DNA from: Lytechinus pictus
Taxonomy: Eukaryota
Direction of reading: 5' to 3'
Length of the DNA: 64,000 bases
NCBI RefSeq assembly: GCF_037042905.1
Contig: NC_087256.1
Coordinates: 18,724,001-18,788,000 of the forward strand
In this document: positions 25,091 through 39,048 of the stretch, in pieces
Position numbering within the stretch: position 1 is the stretch's first letter
How the letters are laid out: each line of letters starts with the position of its first letter
The notes under the pieces: generated by a model
Told to the model about the DNA's origin: nothing
What the model saw: only the letters and a program-made list of their open reading frames with translations
The model's database searches: none
Position numbers and translations under genes: made by a program

Positions 25091-28000
25091 ATGGATGACT
25101 TTGTTAAAGAGAAACTAGTGATGTGGGGGCTGGAAAGATTTCTGGAAAATTTTGAAGGTAAGCTTTTGTAATCATAACTGTTCAACTGTCGCAAAATTTG
25201 ATATTGTTGCTTGAAGAATTTCTCAGACTGAGCAAGTTTAATTGAGTTTAACACTGCATTTGGTATGCAAAACAGTGTTAAATATGCACAGTAAATGCAT
25301 GCCTAAGCCTTCCGTATTTGAATGTACGCAGCACGCAAGACATTTACTGCCGTTCAATCAAAGTCCGAGAATAACGTTGGGCGTTCATGGTTAGTAACAA
25401 ATCACTTTACACACTTTTTTTATCCGTTCGAGAAATTCCTCAAGCAACAATAAAATAATATTCCATCTATAATGTGAGCCTGTCTGGCTATGGATTTGTT
25501 TGGCCATGCTTTGACCTACGGAGCTGTTTGGCTTGTAGGGGGTTAGCAAGCTTGAAGGTGTGTGATGTCAAGCTTCCAAATTTTGCACTCATTTTTACTT
25601 GGAATATTTATAATGAGCGATCAACTTTAAATTGTTGTTCAAAATAAAATGTTTTGCCGACAGACTTACCCAACTTTCTGGGCAGTATGTAACCAGAACA
25701 ATTTTGTCCCGCCTTATGTTTGTTGTTGAACCTATGACAAATGTGTACAAAATAGTTTTGAATTAAAAGTAGGAGTGGGCTTTATACAGGGGTCAAAAAC
25801 ACTTTTTTGGTAATTTAATTTTTACAACAGTGTTTTTTTTGTGGGAAATGACTTATCTCAATATAATATGGAAAAATTTTGGACTATGTGTTTACCAAAA
25901 AGGTGCGCCATGCCCTCTTATGTCAGCTCATAGCTATTGAAATTGTGGGAAGGAGCAAAAAGTTACTTAATTTCACTCATTTTCAGTGAATATTTCTGTA
26001 CCTTTGGTGTCAAATTAGATGCAAATGAAGTCAAAATACAAGATTTTGAAAGTTCTGTAAAAATCAGACATTTCGTTTTTGTGAAATGCGCCATCATAGG
26101 TTAAAATGTAGCATGAGGGTGCTTTTCATTCTTTCAAAATTTTTTTGAATTTTTTGCTTATCAAAGGATACCAGAATAAAGATAATACTAAGTTTGACAT
26201 CCTCAAGAAGTTTGAGCTTTCTATTGCAAATGGTTTATCTGTAGCGACTATTAGAGTATCCGATTAGAATCGATATGTTTCCCATCAAATTACACAGAGG
26301 AAAATTTTGGTCGGTAAAGAGCGTGCATTATTTACAGGGGAAGGGGCAAGGAGAAACTTATGGGGGAGGGGTGTCATATGATTTTCAGTTGGTCAAATAT
26401 TAAAGGGCATTTTGGGGAATTTGGGTCCTTGCATGCTTAGAACACAAAAGGGAAGATGCAATGCATTAATATGTGTGAGATAAACATAGTGTGCCTCAGG
26501 TTTTTTGCGCCATTATCACTTACGCTAATATTGCAGAAAGATTTTGCTTACATGCGCACTAGAAAGCCATGTGAAGAACTTTGAATCTTCCTAATTTTCC
26601 AAGATTTGTGTAGGTCATCAGCAAATATTATGTTTCAAACTTCAAAAGTGTTTCTTGAATTTGATACCAATTAAATTCTACCAAATTCAGCTACATTGTA
26701 TGTATTATGAAGATTCCCCAACTACTGCTCCATGAGATCGAAGCGAGAACTTCGACTCAAGAACCACTAATTTTTTTTCTTTCTAATTACACCCCTCATG
26801 AAAACCTGGTAAAAACACACATGCCCACAATGCCTGTAATCTGGATCATGAATAACACGGAATATGGTCATATGGTTTTATTTGTAACAGAACAAGAGAT
26901 TGACCAAGAAACCCTCCTTCTCCTTGATGATCAAGCTGTGAAAGCGGATTTGATAAAGCCACTTGGTCCAAGATCAAAGCTGCTCCAAAGGATAAAGGAA
27001 TTGAAGGTACTTTTATTTTGACTTTTACTCTGTAAAGGAGTATATCGGAAACACTATTCTAATGGAATATAATTGTACTTGTCCCAAGTGTGGTGAACTT
27101 ATAGACGGTGGCAGTAAAGCAATTTTATGGCATTTACAGAATCGACATGGTGTTATTAAGGGCCGTATTTTTACAGAAAGTATAGTATGTATGCAGGAAG
27201 GGTGCCAACGAACATTCTCAGGCAGAACGGAACAGTTCAAGCGCCACTTGATGAGTCATGCTTGTACTAGAGAACCACATGGCCATGTCCCACCACGTCC
27301 ACATGGTAATTTTGATAATGCTGCAGATGTTGACGCAGGCAATGATTTTGCTGAAAACATTGATGTTGACATTGACCCAACAGAAGGGGATGCTGAGATG
27401 TGGGATTATTTTGGTGAGGATGAAATTAAGGAACGGGCTGTCATGCTGGTTGCGGGTCTGCTGGCAAACAGTAGCATTGTCCATACCACAGTTAATGAAG
27501 TTGTAGAAAAGTCAGCTTCTTTAGTTAAAGACACGTGTATGTATATAAAATATAAGGTGCAAAAATTCGGTGCAGAAACTGGACTTGAAGAAAATGATGA
27601 ATTTCAAAGTCTCCTATTGGATATAGATATGGTTTCCCACCCGTTTGATAACATGGAAAGTCAATACAAGCAGAAGAAATTCTTCAAGAACAGTGCAGCT
27701 TTTATTCAGCCTGAACAAACTACAATAGGTATTGCATATTATCCATGTAATAACCGTTTAACAGGCAATGTGCAGCAGGTTATGAAGACTATCACATGCC
27801 AGTACATTCCAATTAAAAAGCTAATAACCTTATTGCTTGAAAAAACAGATCTTATGAAACTAGCTGTAAGCTATGTACCAAGCACAGATGGTATGATGCA
27901 TGATTTTCAAGATGGTTTTTTCTGCAGGCAAAGTAGGTTTTTATCTAGCACTCGTACAATCAAACTAATTCTGTATGTAGATGACTTCGAGGTTACCAAC

Positions 28001-31000
28001 CCTCTTAGTCCTAAGTCTGGGACTCACAAACTGACAGGAGTGTATTTCAAAATTGCTAGTGTACCACCTCAATACCGGTCAACTTTAGCAAACATATATT
28101 TGTTGATGCTGTTCAATTCAAGTGACGCAAAACTTTATGGATATCCTGTGATTTTGTCACAATTGCTGAAAGATCTGAAGGTGCTTGAGTCAGATGGTAT
28201 AGCCATTCATACCGACACTCTTGATGGAGTTGTAAAGGTTGGGATAGCACAAGTAGTAGGAGACAATCTAGGGATTCACTCATTGTTTGGTTTCAGCGAG
28301 GGCTTCACAGCAAACTTTCCATGCAGAACTTGCCGAATGCCACGTGCTGACATAAAGCATGCTTTACTTGAAAGAAAAGAAGTAATGCGGACACCTGAGA
28401 ATTATCAACTGGACCTTAATAGGAATAGCTTACAAGAGACTGGTATAAAATCACCATGTATCTTGAATGAATTGACACACTTTCATACTCTAGACAACAG
28501 AGCACCAGACATCATGCATGACATGCTAGAGGGAGTGTGCCCCTTGGAGGTGAAATTGGTGCTGCATGAACTTATCAGAAAACAAGCTTTTACATTAGAA
28601 ACATTAAATGCCAGGATTACGAGTTTCAATTACGGCCTACCTGATGCAAGTAACAAACCCTGCCCCTTCACTAGCAATCAGCTTCGTTTTCCTGATGGTG
28701 CTGCAGGACAGCATGCAGCACAAATGTGGTGCCTTGTCCGTCATATTGGAGTTATGCTTGCGGATCTTATTCAAGAAGATGATGAGCACTGGGAACTTAT
28801 CGTAGCTTTGAAACAATGTATGGATATCATTTTTTCATCTAAGATAAGCAAGGGACATACCTTGTTCTTGGCACAATTAATTAGAGACCACCACATGCTC
28901 TTTTTGCAACTCTTTCCTGATCGTGATCTGAAGCCGAAACACCACTTCATGAGCCACTACCCTTCAGCAATGCAGCTGCTTGGACCTCTCATTATTTATT
29001 GGGTGATGCGTTTCGAAGGAAAGCACAACTTTTCTAAACGTTTGGCACACATTGTGTGCAATTTCAGAAATATTGCCAAAACTCTAGCCTACAGAAACCA
29101 AATGCAGCTTTGCTATAACGTATTAAGCAATCAGACAATGACACAGAAATCTGTTGAAACAGGTCCTGGTTTATCTGTGATGTTAGCATCATTGGAAGGT
29201 GCTGAAATTATATCTCAGACATGTAGCATACCTTTATATGATGATATATATGTTGCACAGTGGTGCAAGGTTTATGGTACTGAGTATCGTGAAAATATGA
29301 TGGTGGCAGTTAGCAAAAATGACAATGGAGATGCCCAATTTGGAAATGTGAGAACAGTGCTTGCAGTTGGTACAACAGTTTTTCTTGTGTGCCATTTGTG
29401 GCATACATATGGATTTAAAAGACACTTCCATGCTTATGCGGTACAACCTAAAGAGCCAAAGGAAATAACTGTGGTTCAAGTTGAGAATTTGATTGACTCT
29501 AATCCCCTGCATGCTACTAAATCCTATGATGACGATGATGACTTGTATTACATAAGCACAAGATGTATGTTGTAGGTGAGTAATTCAATCGCAAAAAAGA
29601 TTGATTTATTTTGCTAAGTTACTAAAACAGGATTTTCAATCTACTGCAGGTCACAAACCATTAATTTTGAGCCAGAGCTCGATATACAATGCACATGTAG
29701 AGGGTGCACAGCACACATGCACAATGTAGATAACATTTTTTGTTTGCATGTAGAGTTTCTGACCTGCATACACATTGTGCATGTGAAGAAATCTGATTAA
29801 TTCGTTACAATTTCAACTCACAACTCACTTCCTTTATGACTGCTTGCTGTTCATAGCAATGTAACTTGACACTTTGACGGACATGCAGGATCCAAATTTT
29901 TGGTCTAAAAACTTGGATGTTAATACTGTATATAAGTTTTCAAGTTTTACATGTAATAGAAACTCTTAGTTTAAAAAAAAAAGTCGATGCTTTGACATAA
30001 AAACAAACAGACCAAAAAAAAAAACAAAGGAGTACATAGACCTTCATGTTTGAGTAGCTCAATAGCTCAGGAACTCCTGAAAGAGCTTGTAAACCAGCTA
30101 GGGAGTTTTGTAAAGATTTAGTGATTCTACCTGATCTTAGTACAACTCTTGTATGAAACTATAAGTAGTATAGTGATTAAATGCTGATTGGAACTTTTGG
30201 AATTTTGAATAAATTATCTCTGGGAATCCATTGAGCACTCTGTTTTGGGAATTGTGAAAACAAATTTAATGATTTACTGTATTAATAACCATCTGTTCTG
30301 CACTTCACTACTTGAGGGACCATCATTGATCTCTGAAGATTGCACGTTCTCTGAAGATATCCCAAGTACTAGCAACTCCTCACTGTCTATCCCAAGTGGT
30401 TCATCAACATCTATCATCAAACCACCAGAAGATATCCCAAGCACCAGCAACTCCTCAACGTCTATCCGAAGCAGTTCATCATCAACATCTAAACCACCAG
30501 AAGATATCCCAAACACCAGCAACTCGTCAGTGTCTATCCCAAGCAGTTCATCAACATCTATCATCAAACCACCCGAGGCTAAAAAGATCAAGATGGCTCA
30601 TGTAAGTTTTTAATCAACATTAAGGGAGGTCAGAGCCTTGCGACTTCTGTAAAATTGTTTTCATTCATTGTAACTTGAAAACTGATAATGTATGCTGAAT
30701 AAATGTAGACACTTTTTAAAAGGAAATTTCACAAGAAATCTAATTATAGCATCAGATTTTAGATTAAGAACTTGCTTTTCAGAAACTCACCAAAAACAGC
30801 AAGTTATTTATCCAATTTTTTTAACAAGCCTAGAAAAAATACTTTTGGGTAAAAAATGGGTAAACATCATCTAAATCGATAGTTCTTGGGTATGTTTTTT
30901 TTTTTTTTTAAGTTAAATTCCTATTTTTCAAAATATTTGTCAGTAAAGGCAAAAATCATTTTTTTAAACCAAAAAAACCCATGATTTGTAAAGCAGTTAT

Positions 31001-34000
31001 TTGACACATATTGGCTGTTTTTTAGAAAAATATGAAATTAATTTAAAAAAAAGGTATGAAAACAATCCCAGAAACTATCGATTTGGATGATGGTACCACA
31101 TTTAACGATTGTTGGCGCAAAATGAAGAAAAAAAATGTACTAGCTAGGCTCCTTGTTTGTTCCTGTTCCTATAGTATCTCTCTCATATTCTAGATGTGAA
31201 GGCCCCGGCACATACATGGATCACTTAAAGCATCCACTTATGACCTTTCTTTGTAATCACTTCTGATCTGCAGGACATACGAGCCATCTTGTCCAAACGG
31301 AGAGAGGGGGAGGAGCTTATAAAGGAGATGGAGGAAGGGTGCATCAGCTACAATTCACGAAAATTGATAGTGAACACATTGGTCTCACACCTGATAGAGA
31401 CATATACAAAGTGGTAAGCTAAAATCCTATGAGCAGAAAAAGGAAATGCTAGCGTATTTAGATGTGCTATACTATGTGGTAGTTTATTTGCTTATTTGCC
31501 TTACCAATTGACTCCAGTGATCAAATAGATGTCAAGGATTAAAAGTTTGACCACAGACACATACATACCATTTCAAAAGCAATCCCTTTCTCTTGTAGAT
31601 GACACAAAAGTTAATTATCAACTTAACTGGTGCATTGCATACCAGAAATAACCAGACACTTGGTATAAAAATTGTATACATGTAATCTTATCTAAGAAAT
31701 TTCACATAAATTTATATTTTTTTACATTTTCATGGCATAATTGAAACTTGTGTGTTGATATTTAAACACAGCTTTTGAATTGTTTATCACATTTACATAA
31801 CAAATACATGCAATGAGCTGACATTACATGTGTATTATGCAGGTGCTTGGAAATAGTTTGGTGTGATACATACACCTTGCACTGTTTGTCTGCTTTATTA
31901 AAGGATGGGAGTTTGGAATTACTAAAATCAGAAAATGGGTGGATCAAAATTTTGCTATATAAAGGATATTCTCAAAGCAGATCACCAATGAAGCAGAAGT
32001 TCATCAGACTACAATTCAAAGCAGGGAATAATTTTGCTTCCCAGATTTGATTAGAAATTTTTGGAGATGGGAAAATATTTAAAACAAATTATGTACAATC
32101 CCATGGAAAAAAAATTGTGACACAAAGTAAATTTTGTGTAGCAGCCCTGCAAAAAAGCAAAGCAAATTGCGATGCGATACTAGGTAATTTATTCCCTGCA
32201 AAGAATTGCATTTAATCTCTAATATATATAGCCTTTTAAAACAATATTCTTAAACATTCAATTTTCATTTTTCTAAAGGCCTAAAACAGAGCAAAAATTG
32301 GCAATGGCAAAATGCATTGTTACCCAGTTTCCTGCGTTGGACAATGATGATCATGATGCTTACGTAAGTTTTGAGTTCATTATGTTAGTTCATGGCTAGA
32401 TAAATTGTGTGTAACATTGTTACTTGTTAAAGATAGGATCACCCATTTACAAGCCATGTTCATCATTGACTTTAGGCTCATGATGACCAAGATAACCATT
32501 GTTTATACTTAATATCAGCTAATGCTAAATGACCCCCTGAACACGTTATCTGCAGCAGGTTATTATTTACTCAACCAGACAAAAGTGGATGAAACTTGAT
32601 ACAACTGAAAGTCTAAATGCTTAAATCATTGAAAGGTTATTGTCTCAGATTGGGCAAGCCTTTATTAAGGTAAATCTGATTGACCGTACAGTTACCCCAA
32701 AGGGTAATACAAATTCTTATGAACAGTGATCTCTACTTCTAAAATTCAATAGTTTTGTTTTACTTTTTTTACTCTTTTACTTTAAAGTTGACCTGGTTCA
32801 CTCCAGCAAGCCAAAACAAAACAAAAGATTCATCAGGTTACATTGAAATGCGGCTAAGGAACGTCAGATATCGTGATCCTGCCAGAACGCCAAAAGAAAG
32901 CAACAAGAAAGTGCAAGCAAACTTGCCTAATACAGAAGACCTGGATCTGTCGTCAGGTAAGGAAGAAATATAACAACTGAACATTACATAACCTTAGTTA
33001 ATTGGTCATGGAGATCTAATAGGGGTATTTGTGTCTGCCAGGGAAGCATACACAGAATTAGTCTCAAATAATACCCATGCATGTGTATAGTGTCTTTTAA
33101 AAAGTGGGTTTAAGCAATCATGCTGACACATTCAAGCGACATCTGAATATACAAATTAGTTGCGCTGTAACGAAAATGAGGCAATTTTTCGTATCGATCT
33201 GAATGATATTTTGGAGATCTGCGCCACAAGTTCCTTCCTTTTTTTCTGTACCCTTTTTGTTTGTACAAAATAGTGAAATCAGTCAAGAAATATTCAGGGA
33301 AGTGGTTAATTCTTGACATCTTAACAAATAAACTCCTAGTGCTTTAAGGCTTCACATGCTTCATCTATTCAGCACCATGCACATTACAGTGTATGAGCCT
33401 GGGGGTTGAGCGTGCATCATGCAGGCTGCGACGATTTTTTCTTCACTTGATTGCCTGGTCAGGCAAGCTTGGCCTTAAAACTGCTTGACCTTGCTAACAA
33501 GCCGCATAACAAAACGGTCTGTGCAAAGTTAAAAGTCAGAATATGTTTATGGTTTGTAACTATTTAAGACATGTATAATTTTTGGATGTGTGTAACTTAA
33601 CATTACGAAAATAGCCCATTTGGAGTTCCACCGCTGTTGGGGTATCAAACTGCGGTAATATACCCCAAAATACGTTTGAAAATCTCATTTCTCATTTGAA
33701 CATTTCCAAGCCCCGATAAACCCATCTTGGCCATGTAATCCCCGTTGTCTCAATTTCACCTCCACAGGCCAGTAAAGCCAAGGACGAAATGATAAACAAC
33801 AGCTGTGCTATTACGTAAGACTTCTCTGCCTGAAGAAGGAACTTCGGAATTAAATTATTGTCTTCGATATTTAATCACGTTTTCAAAGGCATATTGTATT
33901 CAGACATCCAATATTAGTCCTTTTTCAATTTCGAACGAAGAAAATCGACCTCGAAATAAGGAAAATAAGCGAATAAAAATTAGGTTATGCTTTGCATGCA

Positions 34001-37000
34001 GGGACTGCCCTTAAAGCGCTGCGCACACGATGCATTCACCGCGTGTATACACGGAACTCCATAGCAGGCTCTTAGACACGTTGCAATCCATCGTGTGTGA
34101 CCCCCTGCTGTGCTGGGCTGTCGAGTTATCTTCAGAGCGAGGTCAAGAAATAGGTGTTTTGATACTTAAATTTCTTGCTTGGGGGCAGATCGGGATTATA
34201 GTGGTTGGAGAAGAGAATTGGTGAAAACGATTTGGGGTATACCCCTTTCAAATGGAGGTATTTCGTCATGAGTGATAACATTGATGCAAGCTAACTTACG
34301 ATTTGATATTAATCATTGTTGCCCAAACCAAAAAATGATTGCCCAGGGCAATCAGGCAACCAATTGTCACAGCCTGCCCACATGTTTTATTTCTTGTGTT
34401 AATTTTTTACTGTCATCAGGTGAAATGGAACATTTGCTTGTGACTGTCATGACTTATAAATAAACTAAAAAGGCATAATGCATTAACTCCCTGAATTTAT
34501 TTGCATATTTAGATAGAGATGAGGAAGTAGATGCAAAAATAAAGTGGCTTCAGGACCACAAAGAGCCAAGGCAACAAGTTCGATCATGGATGAGGGATAC
34601 CTGTAAGGCGAGGGCAGGCTACATTAGAGACAATAAGGACAAACCTGTGCAAGAGCTTTTACTGTTGTTTCCACGTTTAATTGACACAGAAGGAATGGTA
34701 AGTTTTCAATGGTACTGACTAGTAAAGTCTTCCTGCTTTTGCAGTAATTCCTGCTTTTTTAATTTATGATTTCCAGCTTGATCTTGCACTTTTATCTAAT
34801 TTCAGCCCGTTTTGAAGGCTTTTAAAAGCCCAGATTCATTCACATTTTCAGGTTTTTCCTTCAGGCCAGCTTGCATTTCTAAGACGATGGCACAGTTCTG
34901 TAATGTGATGTGAAAAAAATAGGGGTGTCTACATAGGGTGGCAAAATATCACAGCTCTCACAGTTCACAACTTATACACTTTTTAGCTCCCTGCGTTCAA
35001 ATTTTTTGCAGAGCCATTTTTTGACCAGTCAGCTTAGTAAATTATTCAATTTTATGTATATGTAATTCTTGTAGTTTCCACTTTAATAGAGCAAATAGAA
35101 TGTACAAAACAGGTTTTCTTTATACTAATGACAAAACATAAAACTATTCGATTTTAACTTTGTCTTTATACAGGTTGACCAGGATTTCCGAATTCTTTTC
35201 CCACAATCAGCAGATAAGTTATTCCTCACATGGCCGAAATTTTGCAGACATGTCCTGAACTATGCTGAAAAGCAGGTGGATTGGAGGCTATACCTTAACT
35301 TCAAAGGTGCTGTTGAAACAGGTAAAATGGTGCTTATGTCTAACAGCTTCACTCTTCTTTCAAACCTACAGTCAGGCCATGCCATGCCCGTCACTTTGAC
35401 AGGTAACTTCCCTTTTTGACGGGCAAGTAATGAACATTTTATACAAATTCAGCCCATTTTGGACAGGCACTCTTTCAAAAATGAGGGGCAACTCCAAAAT
35501 TCTAACTAAGGCCCTGCCTACAGTAGTGAATATGCAATTTGAAATCCATTCTACATGTATGTATTATAATAGCTTGGTGAAAACCTGATAATCCAGACTA
35601 TGATTGTCCCATTTCAGTAAGTGGGATTAATGTTAATGTTAATTAATTAGAGCGATGTGAACTATATCAACATTTTTTTACAATTTGCAGTAATAGTAAT
35701 AAACTACAAATATGTCTGGAAAAGTATTTGTTTCTTTTAAATATGAATATTATTATTAATTCATTTACTTTGTCGTACGAAAACTTGCTTCCTTCATCAT
35801 ATCATTGCTGAGATGATAAAAGCCTTATATCTCAACAAAAAAGTGAAATGTTCAGGAGAGCATAAATACATTAATTGCTTTCAATACAAGATTACAGATC
35901 ATGTTCATGTAAGTTGCAAGGTTCAGTAAGTTCATTGTACATGTAGGACATAATATTTGCAAATTGAAATGCAAAAGTTTGTCAGAACAAAATCTGAATT
36001 AATTAGCAACAACAAAATCTTTTTTAAAGTCATTTTCATCAAAATTTGACATGCAGATCGATTTTTATCATCTCTACGCCAATATTGGGATCTTAAATTT
36101 ATGCTACTGACATGTACAGTGATTTTAGTATTGAAGGATGAAAATTTTTGTTAAAAATTTGCTATTTCAAGATAACTCTAATTTGACCTCTGTCAACATC
36201 ATTCTCACCCACCTAAGACTATAATATAACCAATGATATTATAGTCTCATTCACTGGTCTTGAGTCGTATTTGATAACCACCTCTTTATCTCCAATTTGA
36301 AATTGTGTGATATGAATGGAGGACAAAGCCCGTGTTTGATGCTGGGAAGGGGGTCTTAGTAAAAGGGTGGGTACAGGGATGTGTGGCCCGAATAGGGTCC
36401 TTTTTGGCCTCTCTTGTTTACCTATGGCCCCTTTTTTAAAAATTGGTGTACATATTAATTTTTGAGGAATTTTTCTTTGGTTTACCGATATATTGTCAAA
36501 AAGTACTTATTTGCATTCCAATTTACTTGGTATTAAAAAACACTGATTAGTTTTAAAAAGGCCCCTTCCAAAAGCAACAAAAGTAAATGGTTAACACATG
36601 GGTTGCAAATTTGCATCTTCTTAGGTTTACTCATCAAAGGGTGGTTGTTGGAAATTTTGGGTGTTCGGGCTGCACATCTGTACTTAACTTTAATCTCAGG
36701 TTAGATGTGATAAAATGAGCACAAATTAATCTTAGTCTGTCCTGGAGTTTACTTCTCTGCAGGTGTTTTTGCCGTTGCTATCATGTCACGTTTGCGGCGT
36801 CTGTACGCGCTTTCATATGCACTTGTTTGATTCACAACACGCTCCCATAACTGGTTGATGAGCAATTTACTCTTGCTATGCTGCGGCATAAATTGTTCTT
36901 GTACAGATGTGACTTTGATGTGAGTTTGAGAGAAAATAAACATTTGGAAGAACTATAATTTAGAAACTTACAAATGTAGTTGTATCTTGTCTCCTATGTT

Positions 37001-38987
37001 TCAGATGAACAGGAGGTAAACTTATCTCTGCAGGTGTTGCCTATGCTGTTTCCACCGGGAAAGAAGAAAGGGGCAAAAGGGAGAAGTGGTTCTTCAACGA
37101 TGGATGAAGCCCGCAAGGCATTCGTGCAGCGCAAAGAGGTGAGGAACAAATTTTATTTTTACTATTTGGCACACACTGTTTCAGACAGATCAAGCAGAAA
37201 TTAAACAAATACCCAGAGCCTGCTATTAAAAGGACAGGACTGAGATTATTTTAGTGATATTACATAAAACACACAGTGGCTCATTGCAAAGGGTTGTAGC
37301 ACCTGGGCAAAAAGTAGAAATTGCTCTCCTACAGTATATCTGGGGCACTCCTATGACTCCATGAAAGCCTAGACAAAAATATGACATTTTGTGAAAGAAA
37401 CTGCAGTAAACTCCTTTCTGGATGGAATTTTTTATAGTAAAATTTAAATAATTTGACAAGCCCGCTATAGTGCTCTATAAGTTTGAGTCAGTTAAATCAG
37501 CTATATGACACAAAAACTAAGCAATTGTGGCAGCAAGGGTATTTACACGTCTGAGACGCATAGTGTGTGTGTGTGGGTGAATTTTCGTCTTTTTTAACCC
37601 CCAAAATTTGACATTTGAAAACGTGGATCCGTCAGAAAAATCTGCAAACAGACGTGTTTATTTTGAATCTTCACAGAAAAAATAATCAGTTTTAAGGCTG
37701 GTGTCAACCTGTCAATGTTTGAAAAGGTTTTGCTCTGTAAATCAGCCTTAATTATTATTCCTAGTAAATGAGTGCGTTTGTAATCCTAATAGGAATATGA
37801 AGCTATCCATTATGAGACAATATATGACAGTGCATTTAGCGGTCAACACAGTGAAGCTACACATTATAACTAAACGCGAACTGCTCTACTTGGTTTGGAA
37901 TATTGTATGTTTGAATAGGGGTGTACATTTTTCAATAAAAATGTTGTTTTTTTTGGGGGGGGGTGTTGACATCATCTTTGGTTTGAAAATTACTCAAATT
38001 TGTGACTGAGAATGAGAATAAAAGATAGAATTAATTGTTTTGCCTGTCATATATCGTCTCATAACGCAGGCGCGGATCCAGGATTTCTGGGGGGGGGTTC
38101 AAACTGGGAAAATTTTCTGACAATAATTTGAAACCTGACAAGCAAAAAAAAAAGAAAGAAAAAGCTTATCACTCCTTTTTGAAATCTGACAAGCAAAAAA
38201 AAAAGTCTTTATTACTCCTTTTTGAAATCTTACAAGAAAAAAAAAAAGGTTATCACTCCCTTTTTTCCCCCGCTCGCCCCCCCCCCCCCCCCCCCCCCCC
38301 GTATCCGCGCCTGTCATAATGGATGGACGTACATTACAAATGATAGTACTGTTCCGTAGTGATTACTAAAAAACCTGAGAAATTAATTTTAAAAAAAATT
38401 TCTTTGAAAACTGTTCTGGAGGAAAATATGTTTCAGTGAGAATTGAGTTCAACGAATATTGGCATGTATAGCTGCTGGCTGTATTTCCCTGCATTTATCA
38501 GAACTTAGTCTGGCATTCAGTATAGCCCTCCGCTTCACAACCCTCACTACATTTGCCTGTTTTACTAAGATTGAAATGATGCACTAAATATTCCCTCCTT
38601 CATTTGTGGATGGTTCTGCTATCTCACTTGTCACCAATTTTATTTGTATTTCATATGCAGATTGGTACAAACATACCAGGCTTCTTGGACCAGAAGACTC
38701 AAACACAACCGTTTGTGTTAATTCAAGGTGAAATTGACAAACCAGAACAAGTGTTTGTTGTTGTGGAAAATAGCACCATCCCATGTACAAGTCTCCTGAA
38801 AGGAATTGATATATGCATGAAACTAGTGTATATCCTTGATATGGATTATGCTTGGCAATGTCAACATGTTTGGGACTTTCTGCAGAAGAATGTTTACAAA
38901 CTTGGGCAGGTGAAAGGTAGAGGTACCTCAGTTCCAGCAGTAACACTTCTCAAAACCTATCTAGAAAACAAGGTAAAAGAAGTTTAG
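25091..38987 (+). CDS. Transposon-encoded SAM-domain / SAMD3-like protein, 10 coding exons, 551 aa
   Basis: Manually spliced GT-AG exons 25091-25157, 26891-27006, 30317-30601, 31274-31413, 32279-32363, 32788-32956, 34513-34697, 35174-35321, 37005-37138 and 38661-38987. Phases 1,0,0,2,0,1,0,1,0 are all compatible, giving 1656 nt with no internal stop. N-terminal SAM (VKEKLVMWGLERFLENFEEQEIDQETLLLL...IKPLGPRSKLLQRI), then AKCIVTQFPAL, GYIEMRLRNVR, FPRL, QPFVLIQG and IDICMKLVYILDMDY...VWDFLQK, which I recognise as SAMD3-like. The exon 3 acceptor is an uncommon GAG. Confidence 0.85.
27062..29575 (+). CDS. Intact EnSpm/CACTA-family DDE transposase with N-terminal C2H2 zinc fingers, 837 aa
   Basis: CPKC..H..H and CMQEGCQRTF..H..H fingers. 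Catalytic-region motifs LYVDDFEVTNPL, HKLTGVYF, GDNLG, FPCRTC, DIMHDMLEG, PKHHFMSHY and WVMRFEGKH. Single uninterrupted ORF inside TIRs. Confidence 0.9.
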   Translation: MEYNCTCPKCGELIDGGSKAILWHLQNRHGVIKGRIFTESIVCMQEGCQRTFSGRTEQFKRHLMSHACTREPHGHVPPRPHGNFDNAADVDAGNDFAENIDVDIDPTEGDAEMWDYFGEDEIKERAVMLVAGLLANSSIVHTTVNEVVEKSASLVKDTCMYIKYKVQKFGAETGLEENDEFQSLLLDIDMVSHPFDNMESQYKQKKFFKNSAAFIQPEQTTIGIAYYPCNNRLTGNVQQVMKTITCQYIPIKKLITLLLEKTDLMKLAVSYVPSTDGMMHDFQDGFFCRQSRFLSSTRTIKLILYVDDFEVTNPLSPKSGTHKLTGVYFKIASVPPQYRSTLANIYLLMLFNSSDAKLYGYPVILSQLLKDLKVLESDGIAIHTDTLDGVVKVGIAQVVGDNLGIHSLFGFSEGFTANFPCRTCRMPRADIKHALLERKEVMRTPENYQLDLNRNSLQETGIKSPCILNELTHFHTLDNRAPDIMHDMLEGVCPLEVKLVLHELIRKQAFTLETLNARITSFNYGLPDASNKPCPFTSNQLRFPDGAAGQHAAQMWCLVRHIGVMLADLIQEDDEHWELIVALKQCMDIIFSSKISKGHTLFLAQLIRDHHMLFLQLFPDRDLKPKHHFMSHYPSAMQLLGPLIIYWVMRFEGKHNFSKRLAHIVCNFRNIAKTLAYRNQMQLCYNVLSNQTMTQKSVETGPGLSVMLASLEGAEIISQTCSIPLYDDIYVAQWCKVYGTEYRENMMVAVSKNDNGDAQFGNVRTVLAVGTTVFLVCHLWHTYGFKRHFHAYAVQPKEPKEITVVQVENLIDSNPLHATKSYDDDDDLYYISTRCML
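30354..30575 (+). repeat. In-frame Ser-rich tandem repeat (about 3 x 23-25 aa) in exon 3 of the SAM gene
   Basis: EDIPSTSNSS..SI.S.SSTS(II)KPP repeated three times. Confidence 0.85.
38067..38313. mobile_element. CAGG-ended MITE with 8-bp TSD in the last intron
   Basis: CAGGCGCGGATCC ... GTATCCGCGCCTG, with TSD TCATAACG/TCATAATG. Confidence 0.7.
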
Positions 38988-39048
38988 GGAGGCATATGTT
39001 TGTACAACACATTTAGGTGAATTGGTGTATTTAAGCCTAATGGATGTA

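Noticed and set aside
27007-27037. In-frame SAM-transposase fusion through a GT...AG intron at 27007-27037
   Set aside because: The phases are compatible, but 31 nt is shorter than a typical spliceable intron in this kind of genome. Not asserted, though worth a look in RNA-seq.
29650-29700. Extra coding exon of the SAM gene after CTGCAG at 29649
   Set aside because: The phase-0 reading hits TAA after four codons; at most it is a UTR exon of the transposase isoform.
25091-38987. Calling the SAM gene the host SAMD3 orthologue
   Set aside because: It lies within transposon TIRs and a TSD, and orthology cannot be shown without phylogeny, so no gene symbol is given.
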